A stretch of 64,000 bases of DNA from Naegleria gruberi (Eukaryota). The stretch is from NCBI GenBank assembly GCA_000004985.1, contig GG738876.1; one strand, written 5' to 3'. Every line of letters starts with the position of its first letter. Position 1 is the stretch's first letter. Positions 19,507 to 29,582 of the stretch are shown in pieces. Both the position numbers and the translations under genes were made by a program. The notes beneath the pieces are model-generated. The model was not told the origin of the DNA, searched no databases, and worked only from the letters and a program-made list of their open reading frames with translations.

Positions 19507-21372
19507 CTAATGATTAATCTTGTCACCTTTAACGTTATCTTTGAGATCACTTCTTGGTTTGAGTGAAATCTTCAAATTTCCAGGTCTGACAGTAATTCCA
19601 GGAATGTCTGTAACTTTATCCAATGGATCTTGTTCATTATTCAATAGTTCCAATTCGTAGAATTGTAAAATTCTACACAAGATTGAAAATGCTTCAATTT
19701 CTGCAAATTTATAACCCTATTAAATTTCAATAAAAATATTCTAAACTAAACTTACAATCTATTTCAATAAATTAGGACAAATAGTTTTAAAATTCGAATA
19801 CTTACACACTTTCTATTTCCCATAGAGAATGGAACCCATGTAAAATCATGTTGAATCTTTGATTGTTCCTCAGCATTCATTGGAAACCTTTCTGGAATAA
19901 ACTCATTAGGTTTCTCCCAATATTTTTCATTTCTATTCGTACTGAAAATATTAATCATCACTGTACTTCCCTTTGGAATAGTAAACTCTCCAATAGTAGT
20001 CGTTTTCTTTGCAATTCTAAAAACATTGACAACTGGTGGATGCAATCTCAAAGCTTCCATCACAATTGCATTCAAATAATGCATTTGATTGTAATCTTCA
20101 TAGGTAGGAGCTCTATTTCCAATCAATCTATCAATTTCTTCTCTTGCTTTCTTTTGAATTTCAGGTCTTTTTGCTAGCTCATAACAAACATAGGCAGAAC
20201 TTGAAGCTGTCGTCTATAGTTTCGTATATAATATGAATTGATGAATAATAGAAAGTCCAATAAATACGAACCTCATGTCTATTATAATAAATTAGGACAA
20301 ATAGTTTTAAAATTCGAATACAAACCCTGCAAGCGCGAAGATAAATGAATCTGCTTTGAGTTCAGAACGTGAAAGTAAGCCATTTTGAAGAACGTTGGCC
20401 TCTACTAACATACTCAATAAATCTCTTCTCTTATTAGATTCAGTTTCGTCTGTAGTTTGGAGATTAGTTTCGTATTCTTTGATACGTTCTTCAATGATTC
20501 GATCTAAAGTAGAAGAAACAATTTCCTCTGCTTCATTGACTTTAAAGTATTTTCTAGCCATTTTGGCAAAAATTGAACTTCCCAGGAATCGTCTAATAAT
20601 CAAACCTTTGGATAAAGTAGTTTCCATTGATTTTCTAAATACTTTTCCTTCAGGATTTGGATTATCACTTTCGAATATAGAAAAGTCCAATCCAAATAAA
20701 TGCTGCCTTTCCCAAAACATCTGTTCATTCCATTAATTTAATCACACAATTCCATTATAAATTTAAATTCGAAACTATAAACTCACCCAAAGTAATATCA
20801 CTAAAATCAGCAGTCGAATCAATCAACACACCAGCACCAACACTTCCACTCTTAATTTCCTTATCCCATTTCGTTCTTCTCATCAAATCAACACTCTCAC
20901 TCGCAACCAAAGCAACAAATTCCAAATTTTTAGGTGAAAATGCAGAATTTGCAACTCTGTGATGATTTTTCCAAGTTTCAGAGTTTGCATCCAAAGCAGA
21001 CAAAATATTAACTCCAAAAAGGTTGAATGGATCGTACATATCAGGTTCCTTGACAAAGTTGTGTCCTTTGGCTACGAGCAGTTCTTTGAGAAGATCACGA
21101 TCACAAATGGAGATGAGATTAGTTTTGAGCATTGAGACACGAACTGTTTTGGTTTTGGAATCTCCCTTCTCTTGGGTGAGTTGATACATGGAATGATGAG
21201 AGCCAAGGAAGAAGTGAGAGGCAATGATTGGAACTCTCTTGACAAAATTCATTAATTGCCATGATCCTGGAATGTTTTTGACTTTCGAATAGTTTTGATA
21301 GAGACGAAAGGATAAACTGATCAGTGCAGTTAGCAAGATGGCTAATAGCGTGTACGCAACAAGTGCAAACAT
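19507..21372 (-). CDS. Cytochrome P450, multi-exon. Exons include 19507..19716, micro-exon 19756..19758, 19806..20213, micro-exon 20272..20278 and 20326..about 20720. Exon 1 ends at 21372; the exon 1/2 junction near 20721..20776 is unresolved.
   Basis: Exons align to the + strand P450 paralog: membrane anchor, I-helix AGHETT restored only if the 7-nt micro-exon is included, EALRLHPP, and heme loop FSMGNRKC-I-G restored only if the 3-nt micro-exon ATT is included. Stop codon at 19507..19509. Confidence 0.65.
19759..19805 (-). repeat. Introner-like 47-nt intron, copy 1: GTAAGTATTCGAATTTTAAAACTATTTGTCCTAATTTATTGAAATAG.
   Basis: 43 of 47 nt are identical to the second intron at 20279..20325 in the same gene. 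It has its own GT..AG and sits 3 nt upstream of a conserved intron. Confidence 0.7.
20279..20325 (-). repeat. Introner-like 47-nt intron, copy 2: GTTTGTATTCGAATTTTAAAACTATTTGTCCTAATTTATTATAATAG.
   Basis: Near-identical to copy 1. It lies at the AG|HE I-helix position where the paralogous P450 (48880..48917) is uninterrupted. Confidence 0.7.
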
Positions 21373-21542
21373 TTTTTTTAGTATGAGAAAGCAAGTGGAT
21401 GATCAATTCGTTCTGACATGATTGCTGCACTTTCATGAGAAGTTGGATCAATTCTCCGAAAGAAACCGAAAGGGTAAATTATTCACAATTTTGTACCATT
21501 TCATACCCTTTTGTAAACCTTCTACAAATTGCAATTAACACT

Positions 21543-22415
21543 TCATAAAAAACTATAATCTCTAAATAAACAATTCCCCTTAATTTTGACATCAACTGAC
21601 AGTAATTGTTCCAAATCACTCAAATATTCGAGTCCTTGAATACTAATCTCATTCTCACTTATATCGAGTTTAGTCAATTGTATCAATTTGTTAATGTGTT
21701 TACATCCCTCATCCCCAATATAATTACTGGCAATATTAAGGTTAGTTAATTGAGTCAATTTACCAATGTATTTGGTTCCCAAAGCAGTAATATTATTCTC
21801 AGAAATGTCAAGATATGTTAAATGCTTCAATTGACTGACTTGTTTAGCTCCCTCATCACCAATTTCATTCTGACTAATATCAAGTTTAGTCAATTGATTC
21901 ATCTCACCAATGTATATAGCACCTTCAACACCAATATTGTTGCAACCTATTTTAAGATTTTTCAATTTTTTCATAATTCCACTAATGATCTTTGCTCCTT
22001 CCACTCCAACATTATTATTTCTAATATTGAGATGAGTCAATCGATTCATCTCTTGCAACTTTTTACAATCAAATACCACATCAGAAGGAACATCAACATT
22101 GTATTCCAGCTTGAGACGTGTAATATTAGGTAAGAATTGGCTTCCAACTTGGAATTTTGAATTACTTTTACATGAAAGGGAAAGAGTTGATCGTTCGGAG
22201 GTGATGATTTTCAACCACTGCTTTGAAACCAATGAACAACTCAGCACGAGAAAGGTAAAATCTCGAGGGAGAAAGGATAAGATTTCACCCAGTACATCAT
22301 CAGAGAATATAGAATCAGGATCTTGTGAGAGTTTCTTCCGTTTTGTTTGGTCGTCTTTAATGTTTGAAATATGGTAAGATTGGTGATCATCAAATTCTCT
22401 TACTCTCTTTATCAT
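21543..22415 (-). CDS. F-box-like plus RNI-type leucine-rich-repeat protein, paralog of 59765..60721.
   Basis: N-terminal motif DDVLGEILSFLP, then tandem roughly 24-aa repeats of the form L..L.I..N.IG.EGAK.I. Confidence 0.75.
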   Translation of the reverse strand: MIKRVREFDDHQSYHISNIKDDQTKRKKLSQDPDSIFSDDVLGEILSFLPRDFTFLVLSCSLVSKQWLKIITSERSTLSLSCKSNSKFQVGSQFLPNITRLKLEYNVDVPSDVVFDCKKLQEMNRLTHLNIRNNNVGVEGAKIISGIMKKLKNLKIGCNNIGVEGAIYIGEMNQLTKLDISQNEIGDEGAKQVSQLKHLTYLDISENNITALGTKYIGKLTQLTNLNIASNYIGDEGCKHINKLIQLTKLDISENEISIQGLEYLSDLEQLLSVDVKIKGNCLFRDYSFL

Positions 22416-22592
22416 TTTTTTTAAATAAACTTGAAATTGAGAGAGTATTACAATTCACTCACTACTTCTTGCCAACTTTCTAAATTCTTCTCATATTCAT
22501 TATCATGAAGGCTTTGAAATTAAATTCAACAAATCTTCATCATCAAAGGCTTCATCAAAAAATTTGACAAATAAAATATTAGGAAGAACAAT

Positions 22593-23753
22593 ATGAGCGA
22601 TTTCAAAAGTATCAAGAATAAACTCTCATCCCTGAGAGCCAAGATTAAATCGGAAAGCACTGCTACAACTACCACTAGTACTTCATCAGCCACAACAAAA
22701 ACAACACCATCACCTGTTGCTGCTGCTACAAGTACTGAAAAGAAGATAAAGGCTACTGAACCTGTTGCCACACCATCAACAACAACTCCAGCAACAACCA
22801 AAACTGAACAAGCAACATCAGCTACAACAACAACAACACCAGCAGCTGATAAGAAGAAGAATAACAACAAGAAGGCTAAACAACAAAAGCCAAAGGCTAA
22901 TAAGAAGGCTGCTTCAACAACAACTCCATCCGAGGATAAGAAGGCTACTGAATCTGTCACTACCACACCAACAACAAATTCAGAAGAATCATCATCCACA
23001 ACAACAACAGAAAAGCCAAAGCCTGCTATTAAAAAGTCATCAGCCAAACAAAACAAGGAAAAGAAACAAGGAGTGAAGAGAAAACAAGAAGATGGCTCTG
23101 AAGAATCATCAGAAACAAAGGAAGCAAAGAAGACTGATAAGAAGAAGAATAAGAATAAGAAATCAAAGAAGGCTATCAAGGCTGCAATTAAAACTTTTGT
23201 CTTGAAATTGGAAATTGATAATACCTTAATTAATGAAGAGAAGATTAAGGAATGCTTCCCTGAACAAAATGCAATTATTAGAATGGGACCTAGAATGATT
23301 CTGATTCAATTCCCTACTGAAGAAGTTGCATTGAAATATTTAACATCTGCAAGTGGACAAGTTGAAAAGAATAATAGAACTGTGATTAATGGAGAAAAAT
23401 TCAAGATTACCAAACATACTGTTAAGGAAATTTTCAATCCTCGTTGGTATGATGTTAAACCACGTGTTACTGAAGGTGTTTCACTTGGTTTGGAACCAGG
23501 TCAAAAAGTCAATGGAAAGTTTGGAGCATATTTGGAATTGCATTTGAAGGAAAAACTTGGAAATGATGTCAATACTTCAATTTCTGATATGGAAAAGGGA
23601 GTCACTGTTTTCTTTGATGATAAAACAACAGAACAAAAATTCAAATCAATGCTTCATAATGGTGAATTCAAGGTTCCAGCTGAATATATCAATGATAAAA
23701 AGAAGAAGGGTACTTCTTCTAAAGGACCAGCTAAGAAGAAGTTCAAGAAATAA
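22593..23753 (+). CDS. Lys/Thr/Ser-rich highly charged protein, possibly nucleolar, hypothetical.
   Basis: A 386-aa ORF. Low-complexity T/K/A-rich N-terminal half and a globular C-terminal half. The antisense ORFs here are low-complexity artefacts. Confidence 0.55.
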   Translation: MSDFKSIKNKLSSLRAKIKSESTATTTTSTSSATTKTTPSPVAAATSTEKKIKATEPVATPSTTTPATTKTEQATSATTTTTPAADKKKNNNKKAKQQKPKANKKAASTTTPSEDKKATESVTTTPTTNSEESSSTTTTEKPKPAIKKSSAKQNKEKKQGVKRKQEDGSEESSETKEAKKTDKKKNKNKKSKKAIKAAIKTFVLKLEIDNTLINEEKIKECFPEQNAIIRMGPRMILIQFPTEEVALKYLTSASGQVEKNNRTVINGEKFKITKHTVKEIFNPRWYDVKPRVTEGVSLGLEPGQKVNGKFGAYLELHLKEKLGNDVNTSISDMEKGVTVFFDDKTTEQKFKSMLHNGEFKVPAEYINDKKKKGTSSKGPAKKKFKK

Positions 23754-23995
23754 ACAATTTGTGAATTGTTTATCAAAGATGTTGAGAGAAGGTTTGTTGA
23801 ACCAAGTCAGTTTTATTCTAATTACAAATAATCTCTGTACTTTCCAAAACAAACCATTTAGCACCTTTCAACATCAATGTCTACAATATGGATCTTGACA
23901 TGTCTAAGGTAGAAGACAAATTTCACACGTCAACATTGACAACAAATTCAAGAAACAAAGAGTAACTTGAAGAAAAAAAATTCCAGTCTCCAGTA

Positions 23996-26900
23996 ATGAG
24001 AATTGTTACTCAAAAGCAAAGAAGATGGGGTAAACAAACTTCCCATCAACTACAGTCATTGTTAAAAACAGCACTCGTGGTGATAACACTGTTAGTATTG
24101 ACCCTTCAAAACTTATTCGAAACTGTACAGGGTGAACAACAAGTTTCCTTCACATTAGATTCTAACAAACTCATCTGTTCGGATTCTTCAAGCTACAACA
24201 GCACAATCTTTTTAAATTCATGCCAAGAAGTGCTTGGTTCAGCCTTCACTAGTAAATTATCCAGCACAACCATTGACAATCCTTCGTCCTATTCTTCCCT
24301 AGTGAGTTGTTACTTTAATTCGGATAAAAAACTTGTGGCAGAGCTTGGCTATGGCTATGAAATTCAAGATATTTTCAAAGGAGAAACTTACTACGATGCC
24401 TTTGGAAGGAAAATAGCGATTATCATCGTTTCACAATTGAAATGTAGTTTTCAAATTTCAAAGCTACAGTACATGTACTTGATTAATGTAGTAGATTGTG
24501 GAAGTAATGTTGCCAAAATTACCTACTCTCTCACTCACGCAAATGCTGATTTACCCAAATATTCAACATTTTCACATCCAATGATGGCTATTCCCTTTTC
24601 AAATAATTATATTAACAATGGTAGACCGGATGTTACTTTTAATCTTGCTACCCAAGCACTCACATATAGTACTTCAAAAGCAAGTGACCAAACCTCAGTT
24701 ACTACTGGTGGTGTTATTGAGTATGGAACTACTACTTTGGTTGGAAATCAAGGATATACACAATTTTTTCTGAATGAAAGCTCAATTGACTCATACACAA
24801 CAACATTTGAACAACCTACTCCTAAAACATTGTATAATTATCTATTAATCAAACAGAATAGAGATGTTGTGGATGTAACAACCTTTGCATCTGGGTATAA
24901 TTACAAATTCTCCTCATCATCAGGTTATTCGAAAACAATATATACTTCATTTTCATACAAGTCAGATTGTTACTACTTGTCAGGAGGTGATAAAACTCAT
25001 CACAAAACACAGGATTTAACAATTAGTATACAGTCAACTGATTTGGAAAGATGTCCATTATATGCTTTACAATACATTTTTGATGGGAATGCTAAAACTA
25101 AAACGAGTAGCACGACATATGCTGCATCTTCACTAACAGATGGTTCAGAAAAGACTGTTACAGTAACTTTGGTTCAACCAACTGGTGGATACGTTGGTGC
25201 GTTCAGAACAACTGTGAGAATTGGAATTTTCCCTGCCATGATGAGACCAGTTTATTTCCCTATTGCACAAACAACTGGACAAAAGCTAACACTTCAATCC
25301 ATTATCGACATTCCTAATCTCACGACCTCTTTAATTTCATGTCAATTGATTGTTGCAACAGGAACTAATGAATATACTTCAAATTCAATTACCTATGATT
25401 ATACTCCAAATTCAATTCAAGTTCAAAATTACAAAACCTATTCGATTATATCGGTTTCAATTACTGTTGGAAATCCTGGAACTTCTTACAAGATTAGAGT
25501 CAATTATAATGGAGATACAAAACATTACAATGATTTCCAAATTTCTCCACAATCAAAACCAAACCTATTGGGTATTTGTAAAGTATCCACAGTTGAATCG
25601 AACCCAATAGCCTACGAGACATTTTTTGGTATTTATTGTGAAAATTATGCAGATTTTGACTTTAGATCAATGAAAATTCAAGTATTGAACGATCAATCAC
25701 AATCAATTTTGACCTTATCCAATACCAAGTACACTCGTATTTTTGCGAGATTACCAAAATCAGCAACAGGTAAATCAAATACTGTCTTGTTTACATTGAC
25801 AGATAGCACAGGAGCTGTATTTGAGTTTAAGGATACCTATAAAGCTTCCATGTGGAGCGACACTAATTTGATTAGTACAGTAGATTTCTACATCAAGTCC
25901 AAGCAAGTGAGAAACTATCAAACAGCCAATAATATTGCAATTTTGTTGGACATTCTTGCAGATTATTGTAAGAGGAATACATTATCTTCTTCTGAGATGG
26001 TTACTGTGAAGGGAATTGTTCGTTATGCCATAAATGAAACATTTAACATTAGAGATACTTTCCATCCTAATGTTTATCCTGAGGCTACTGAATTATTGTT
26101 TGGATTATTTAGAGAATCAACTAATTTGGCGAATTATCTAGGATTTTCAGAGTTTAATGACAAATTGAAGGAAATTCTCTCATTTATGACAAGTTATGTA
26201 AGAAAATCATCCTTTTCCAGCACTGATTATAATTTCTTGATAGATTACATGTCAAGACTTGTGGATAATGGAAATCAAACAACTACTGATCCATCTGCTG
26301 TTTCAACTTTGAAGAAAAACATTGATGGATTGACTAATATCGCCAGCAAGAATTCTCCATTCAAGAGTGATTATTTTTCATATCAATCTCAGACCTTCTA
26401 CTCATCAGATGAAATTGCTTCAAATCAAGTGAATTTGGAAAATAGTTGGGTTAGAGTGTTGTTTGGATCTGAGGTGGCCAATTTGGTAAAATCTCAATCA
26501 CAATACGATTTGGAAACAAGTTTATACAAGAAGTATATTGTGGAAAATAATGTTACACTCCCAGTTATTGCCTCTATCAGTTTGAAGAGACAAGATAGCT
26601 CTGTGGTTAATGTTACTGGATTACAGACACCAGTATTAATATATTTCAACATGGATCTAATTAATTCAACAATGGCAAATCAATATAGAAACTATCAATC
26701 GAGAATTTCATGTTATTACTTGAATGAGTTGACAAGCAAGTGGGCCAATGATGGTCTAACAACAGAGATTATCACTGAAAATGGTCAAACTGTTGTCAAG
26801 TGTTCTTCCACTCACCTTACTTCATTCACAATATTCTCAGACTTGTTCAATACTACAGGTAGTAACACAAATACCCCATCAACAGATAGAAATGGACTAG

Positions 26901-28032
26901 ATGTTGGGGCAAGGGTAGCCATTGGCGTTTCAATTTCAGTATTCTTCCTCATTTTGATAATTGTGATTGTAATTATTATCATTGTAATTATATGTTGTCG
27001 TGTGAAAAAAGGCAAAAATAGTCAGAGCAATGTTTCTGATTCTGTCCAGGAAACCAATCCAATCACCAAGAGTTATGTAGAATTGAATCCAGTCTCCAAC
27101 TCTGATTCTGGTCCATCATTGTTTATTAGTGATTACAAGTCAGTGAGAGAGCCTTCATCCTCGAAACAATACGATACTACCAGTGGAAGTTCATTTACCT
27201 CAGAGCCAACCAGCTCACTCATGACTTCAACAAGTGGAAACTCTGTTATTGGAAAGAAGTATGAAATTTTGGAAAAGATTGGCCAAGGAGCATTCGGGGC
27301 TGTATTTAGAGCTAAAAATCTAGCCTATACTGGAAGATCTGGAGAATATCAATATGTTGCCATTAAAAAGATTCAGCTTTCTGGCCTCTCTGAAATGAAT
27401 GACAAATTCAAAGAGGCGGTCAACATGTTCAAGATTAGAAATGAGCATTTAGTTTGTTTGGAGGATGCTGTGGTGGACGAAACGACCATGTCACTCTACT
27501 TGGTCATGCAATATTATTCTCAAGGAGATTTGGACAAGTTTATCAAAAGCAAGCAACTCTTATCTGAGAGCATTCTGAAACAAATTATTGAACAAGTATG
27601 TGAAGGATTGAAATATTTGGAAGAGGAACGTAACATGCTCCACAGAGATATCAAACCTTCCAATATTTTCCTATCCAGCTATGATGGAAACAATATCAAG
27701 ACAGTGCTCAGTGATTTTGGATTGGCTAAGGAAAATAACATGATGTCAAGTGTTTCATTCGCTGGAACTCCATACTACATGTCTCCACAGGCCTTAATTG
27801 GAACCAAGTATAGCTTTAATGCAGATATCTTTAGTTTGGGATGTACCATTTTCATTCTCATCACTCATGACATGTCTCAATCCATAGCTCAATTATATTT
27901 CCAACATCAGGGCAATTTCTCTGAGGTTTATTCCTTCATTACCAACTCTATCCGTCAACATTCGAATGAACAATTCCAATACAGTGATGAATTCGTTCAG
28001 CTCTTATTTGCATTGATGGAATTTGATCCCAA
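23996..28032 (+). CDS. Receptor-like single-pass transmembrane Ser/Thr protein kinase with a roughly 950-aa ectodomain that ends in a GPS-like motif. The 3' end is truncated by an assembly gap.
   Basis: N-terminal hydrophobic signal or anchor; a Cys- and NxS/T-rich ectodomain; ...C..W...G...T..C.STHLTSFTIF immediately before the TM segment VAIGVSISVFFLILIIVIVIIIIVII. The kinase subdomains are GQGAFGAV, VAIKK, HRDIKPSN, DFGLAKE and GTPYYMSPQ. Confidence 0.75.
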
Positions 28033-28181
28033 NNNNNNNNNNNNNNNNNNNNNNNNNNNNNNNNNNNNNNNNNNNNNNNNNNNNNNNNNNNNNNNNNNNN
28101 NNNNNNNNNNNNNNNNNNNNNNNNNNNNNNNNNNNNNNNNNNNNNNNNNNNNNNNNNNNNNNNNNNNNNNNNNNNNNNNNN
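28033..28181. other. Assembly gap, a run of N.
   Basis: 149 consecutive N. The ORF-track protein spanning it (X residues) is an artefact that fuses two genes. Confidence 0.99.
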
Positions 28182-28186
28182 TAACA

Positions 28187-29545
28187 ATGTTGTGGATTGA
28201 AAAGGTTGGTGCAGTTGGAGGACAACTTGTTGCTGGATTTCAACCCGAATGTATGATTTGCAGAGAAACAATCAACAATGGAGAGGTTTGTATTGGCATG
28301 AGGAAGGTTCATGATTTGGCTATTCACTTTCCCTATCATCCGAGAAGATTTCTCGAAGAAGAGGAAAGGCTTCGTTCCGATGATCATCCATTCAATGAAA
28401 ATTATTTTGATGATTGCAAACAGGACAATGATTATGTACATACTGATTGTTATCCGTACCAATTGGTGAGGCCGTATGCTTGTATGTTTGATGATTCATC
28501 ATCGAATGCTTCTCATGCAGAACAAAAGCAAATTCATAAGTTGATTTCTGATTGGCAATATGGCTATAGAACATTGAATGCCAAGACAAAGAAGAGAAAA
28601 GCAGATAATGGTGATGAAAGTGAGAAGAAAACAAAGACTTCAAAGAGTACTGCAACAAAAAGGAAGAGAAAGACAAAGAAGGAATCAACAGACAGTGCAT
28701 CATCATCAACTAGTACCCCTGGAGGAAGTAGTAGTGGTACTACTGATTACAGTTGGATGAATGCTATTGATTGCACTAATGTGGATTCACCTTACTTGTT
28801 TGGACTCTCAGATGATGCTTGGTATGAAATTCTATCCTATCTACCTCATTATTCAATTGTGAAGGCCTCACAATCATGTAAGGCATTGTACCTTTATTCG
28901 AATAGGAGTATTCTTTGGGAGAATTTGGCAAGCAAAACTATTTGTCCTAATGCAAAACAAGTCCAACAGGAATACTTTCCAACTCTTACTGATGACTTTA
29001 AAAAGGTTTTCAGATTATTGTACAATAATTGTTGTGTAATTTGTGGAGATTATATCAGAAAAGGTGAAGACCTAGATAATAGAAAGAGTTTGTACAGATC
29101 AAAAGGTGGTATTATTGTAGAATCTAATCCATTTTATTATAATTTTATGATTGATCAGTGTCATTGCTCAACATGTTCAGAATCACCACTCATCAATACC
29201 TTTACAAGAACAAATGCCAAGACGCTTTATAGGGTTACAGATACTGAACTAGGGTGTACTAGAAATTTTGCAAAGCCTAACCCTTATTCTCCATCTGTTG
29301 CTATGGGAATATTCCTAGAGTTACAAGTTAAAATATTTCATTTACAGAAAGTGGAAGAAGAATTGAGGAAAAATTTCAAAAAATCAAAAACACATCCAAA
29401 ATCAGATTATTTAAAAATTATTGACAAGGCAAAACGAGGAGATTATGGAAAGGATTGTAAATTATATATTTTCTTAAATGATTCGAATAAGAAGATTTGT
29501 AAAGATAAGGCTATTTATACTTATATTGATGAATTGAGTCCATAA
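28187..29545 (+). CDS. Hypothetical F-box-like, Cys-rich protein. The 5' end is uncertain and possibly truncated by the gap.
   Basis: The ORF resumes right after the gap. The motif LSDDAWYEILSYLP is F-box-like. It carries Cys-rich CxxC pairs and a Lys-rich NLS-like stretch. Confidence 0.5.
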   Translation: MLWIEKVGAVGGQLVAGFQPECMICRETINNGEVCIGMRKVHDLAIHFPYHPRRFLEEEERLRSDDHPFNENYFDDCKQDNDYVHTDCYPYQLVRPYACMFDDSSSNASHAEQKQIHKLISDWQYGYRTLNAKTKKRKADNGDESEKKTKTSKSTATKRKRKTKKESTDSASSSTSTPGGSSSGTTDYSWMNAIDCTNVDSPYLFGLSDDAWYEILSYLPHYSIVKASQSCKALYLYSNRSILWENLASKTICPNAKQVQQEYFPTLTDDFKKVFRLLYNNCCVICGDYIRKGEDLDNRKSLYRSKGGIIVESNPFYYNFMIDQCHCSTCSESPLINTFTRTNAKTLYRVTDTELGCTRNFAKPNPYSPSVAMGIFLELQVKIFHLQKVEEELRKNFKKSKTHPKSDYLKIIDKAKRGDYGKDCKLYIFLNDSNKKICKDKAIYTYIDELSP

Positions 29546-29582
29546 GTCAAAAAAAAGATTTGAGATTCTATCATGGTATTTA

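Noticed and set aside
19507-19716. Possibility that the last P450 exon joins directly to the RKC exon in a single intron, without a micro-exon
   Set aside because: That would give RKC-GYKF and break the invariant Cys-x-Gly spacing of the heme loop. Including the 3-nt ATT exon restores CIG exactly as in the paralog.
22526-23179. A 217-aa minus-strand ORF and a 103-aa Gln-rich + strand ORF (22765..23076) overlapping the Lys/Thr-rich gene
   Set aside because: They are antisense or alternative-frame read-throughs of a low-complexity (ACA/AAG-rich) coding region. The translations are homopolymeric (V/A/F-rich or Q-rich), which is typical of frame artefacts.
23996-29545. The 1849-aa single ORF
   Set aside because: It spans a 149-N assembly gap. 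The X residues fuse a receptor kinase with an unrelated downstream gene, so I split it into two features.
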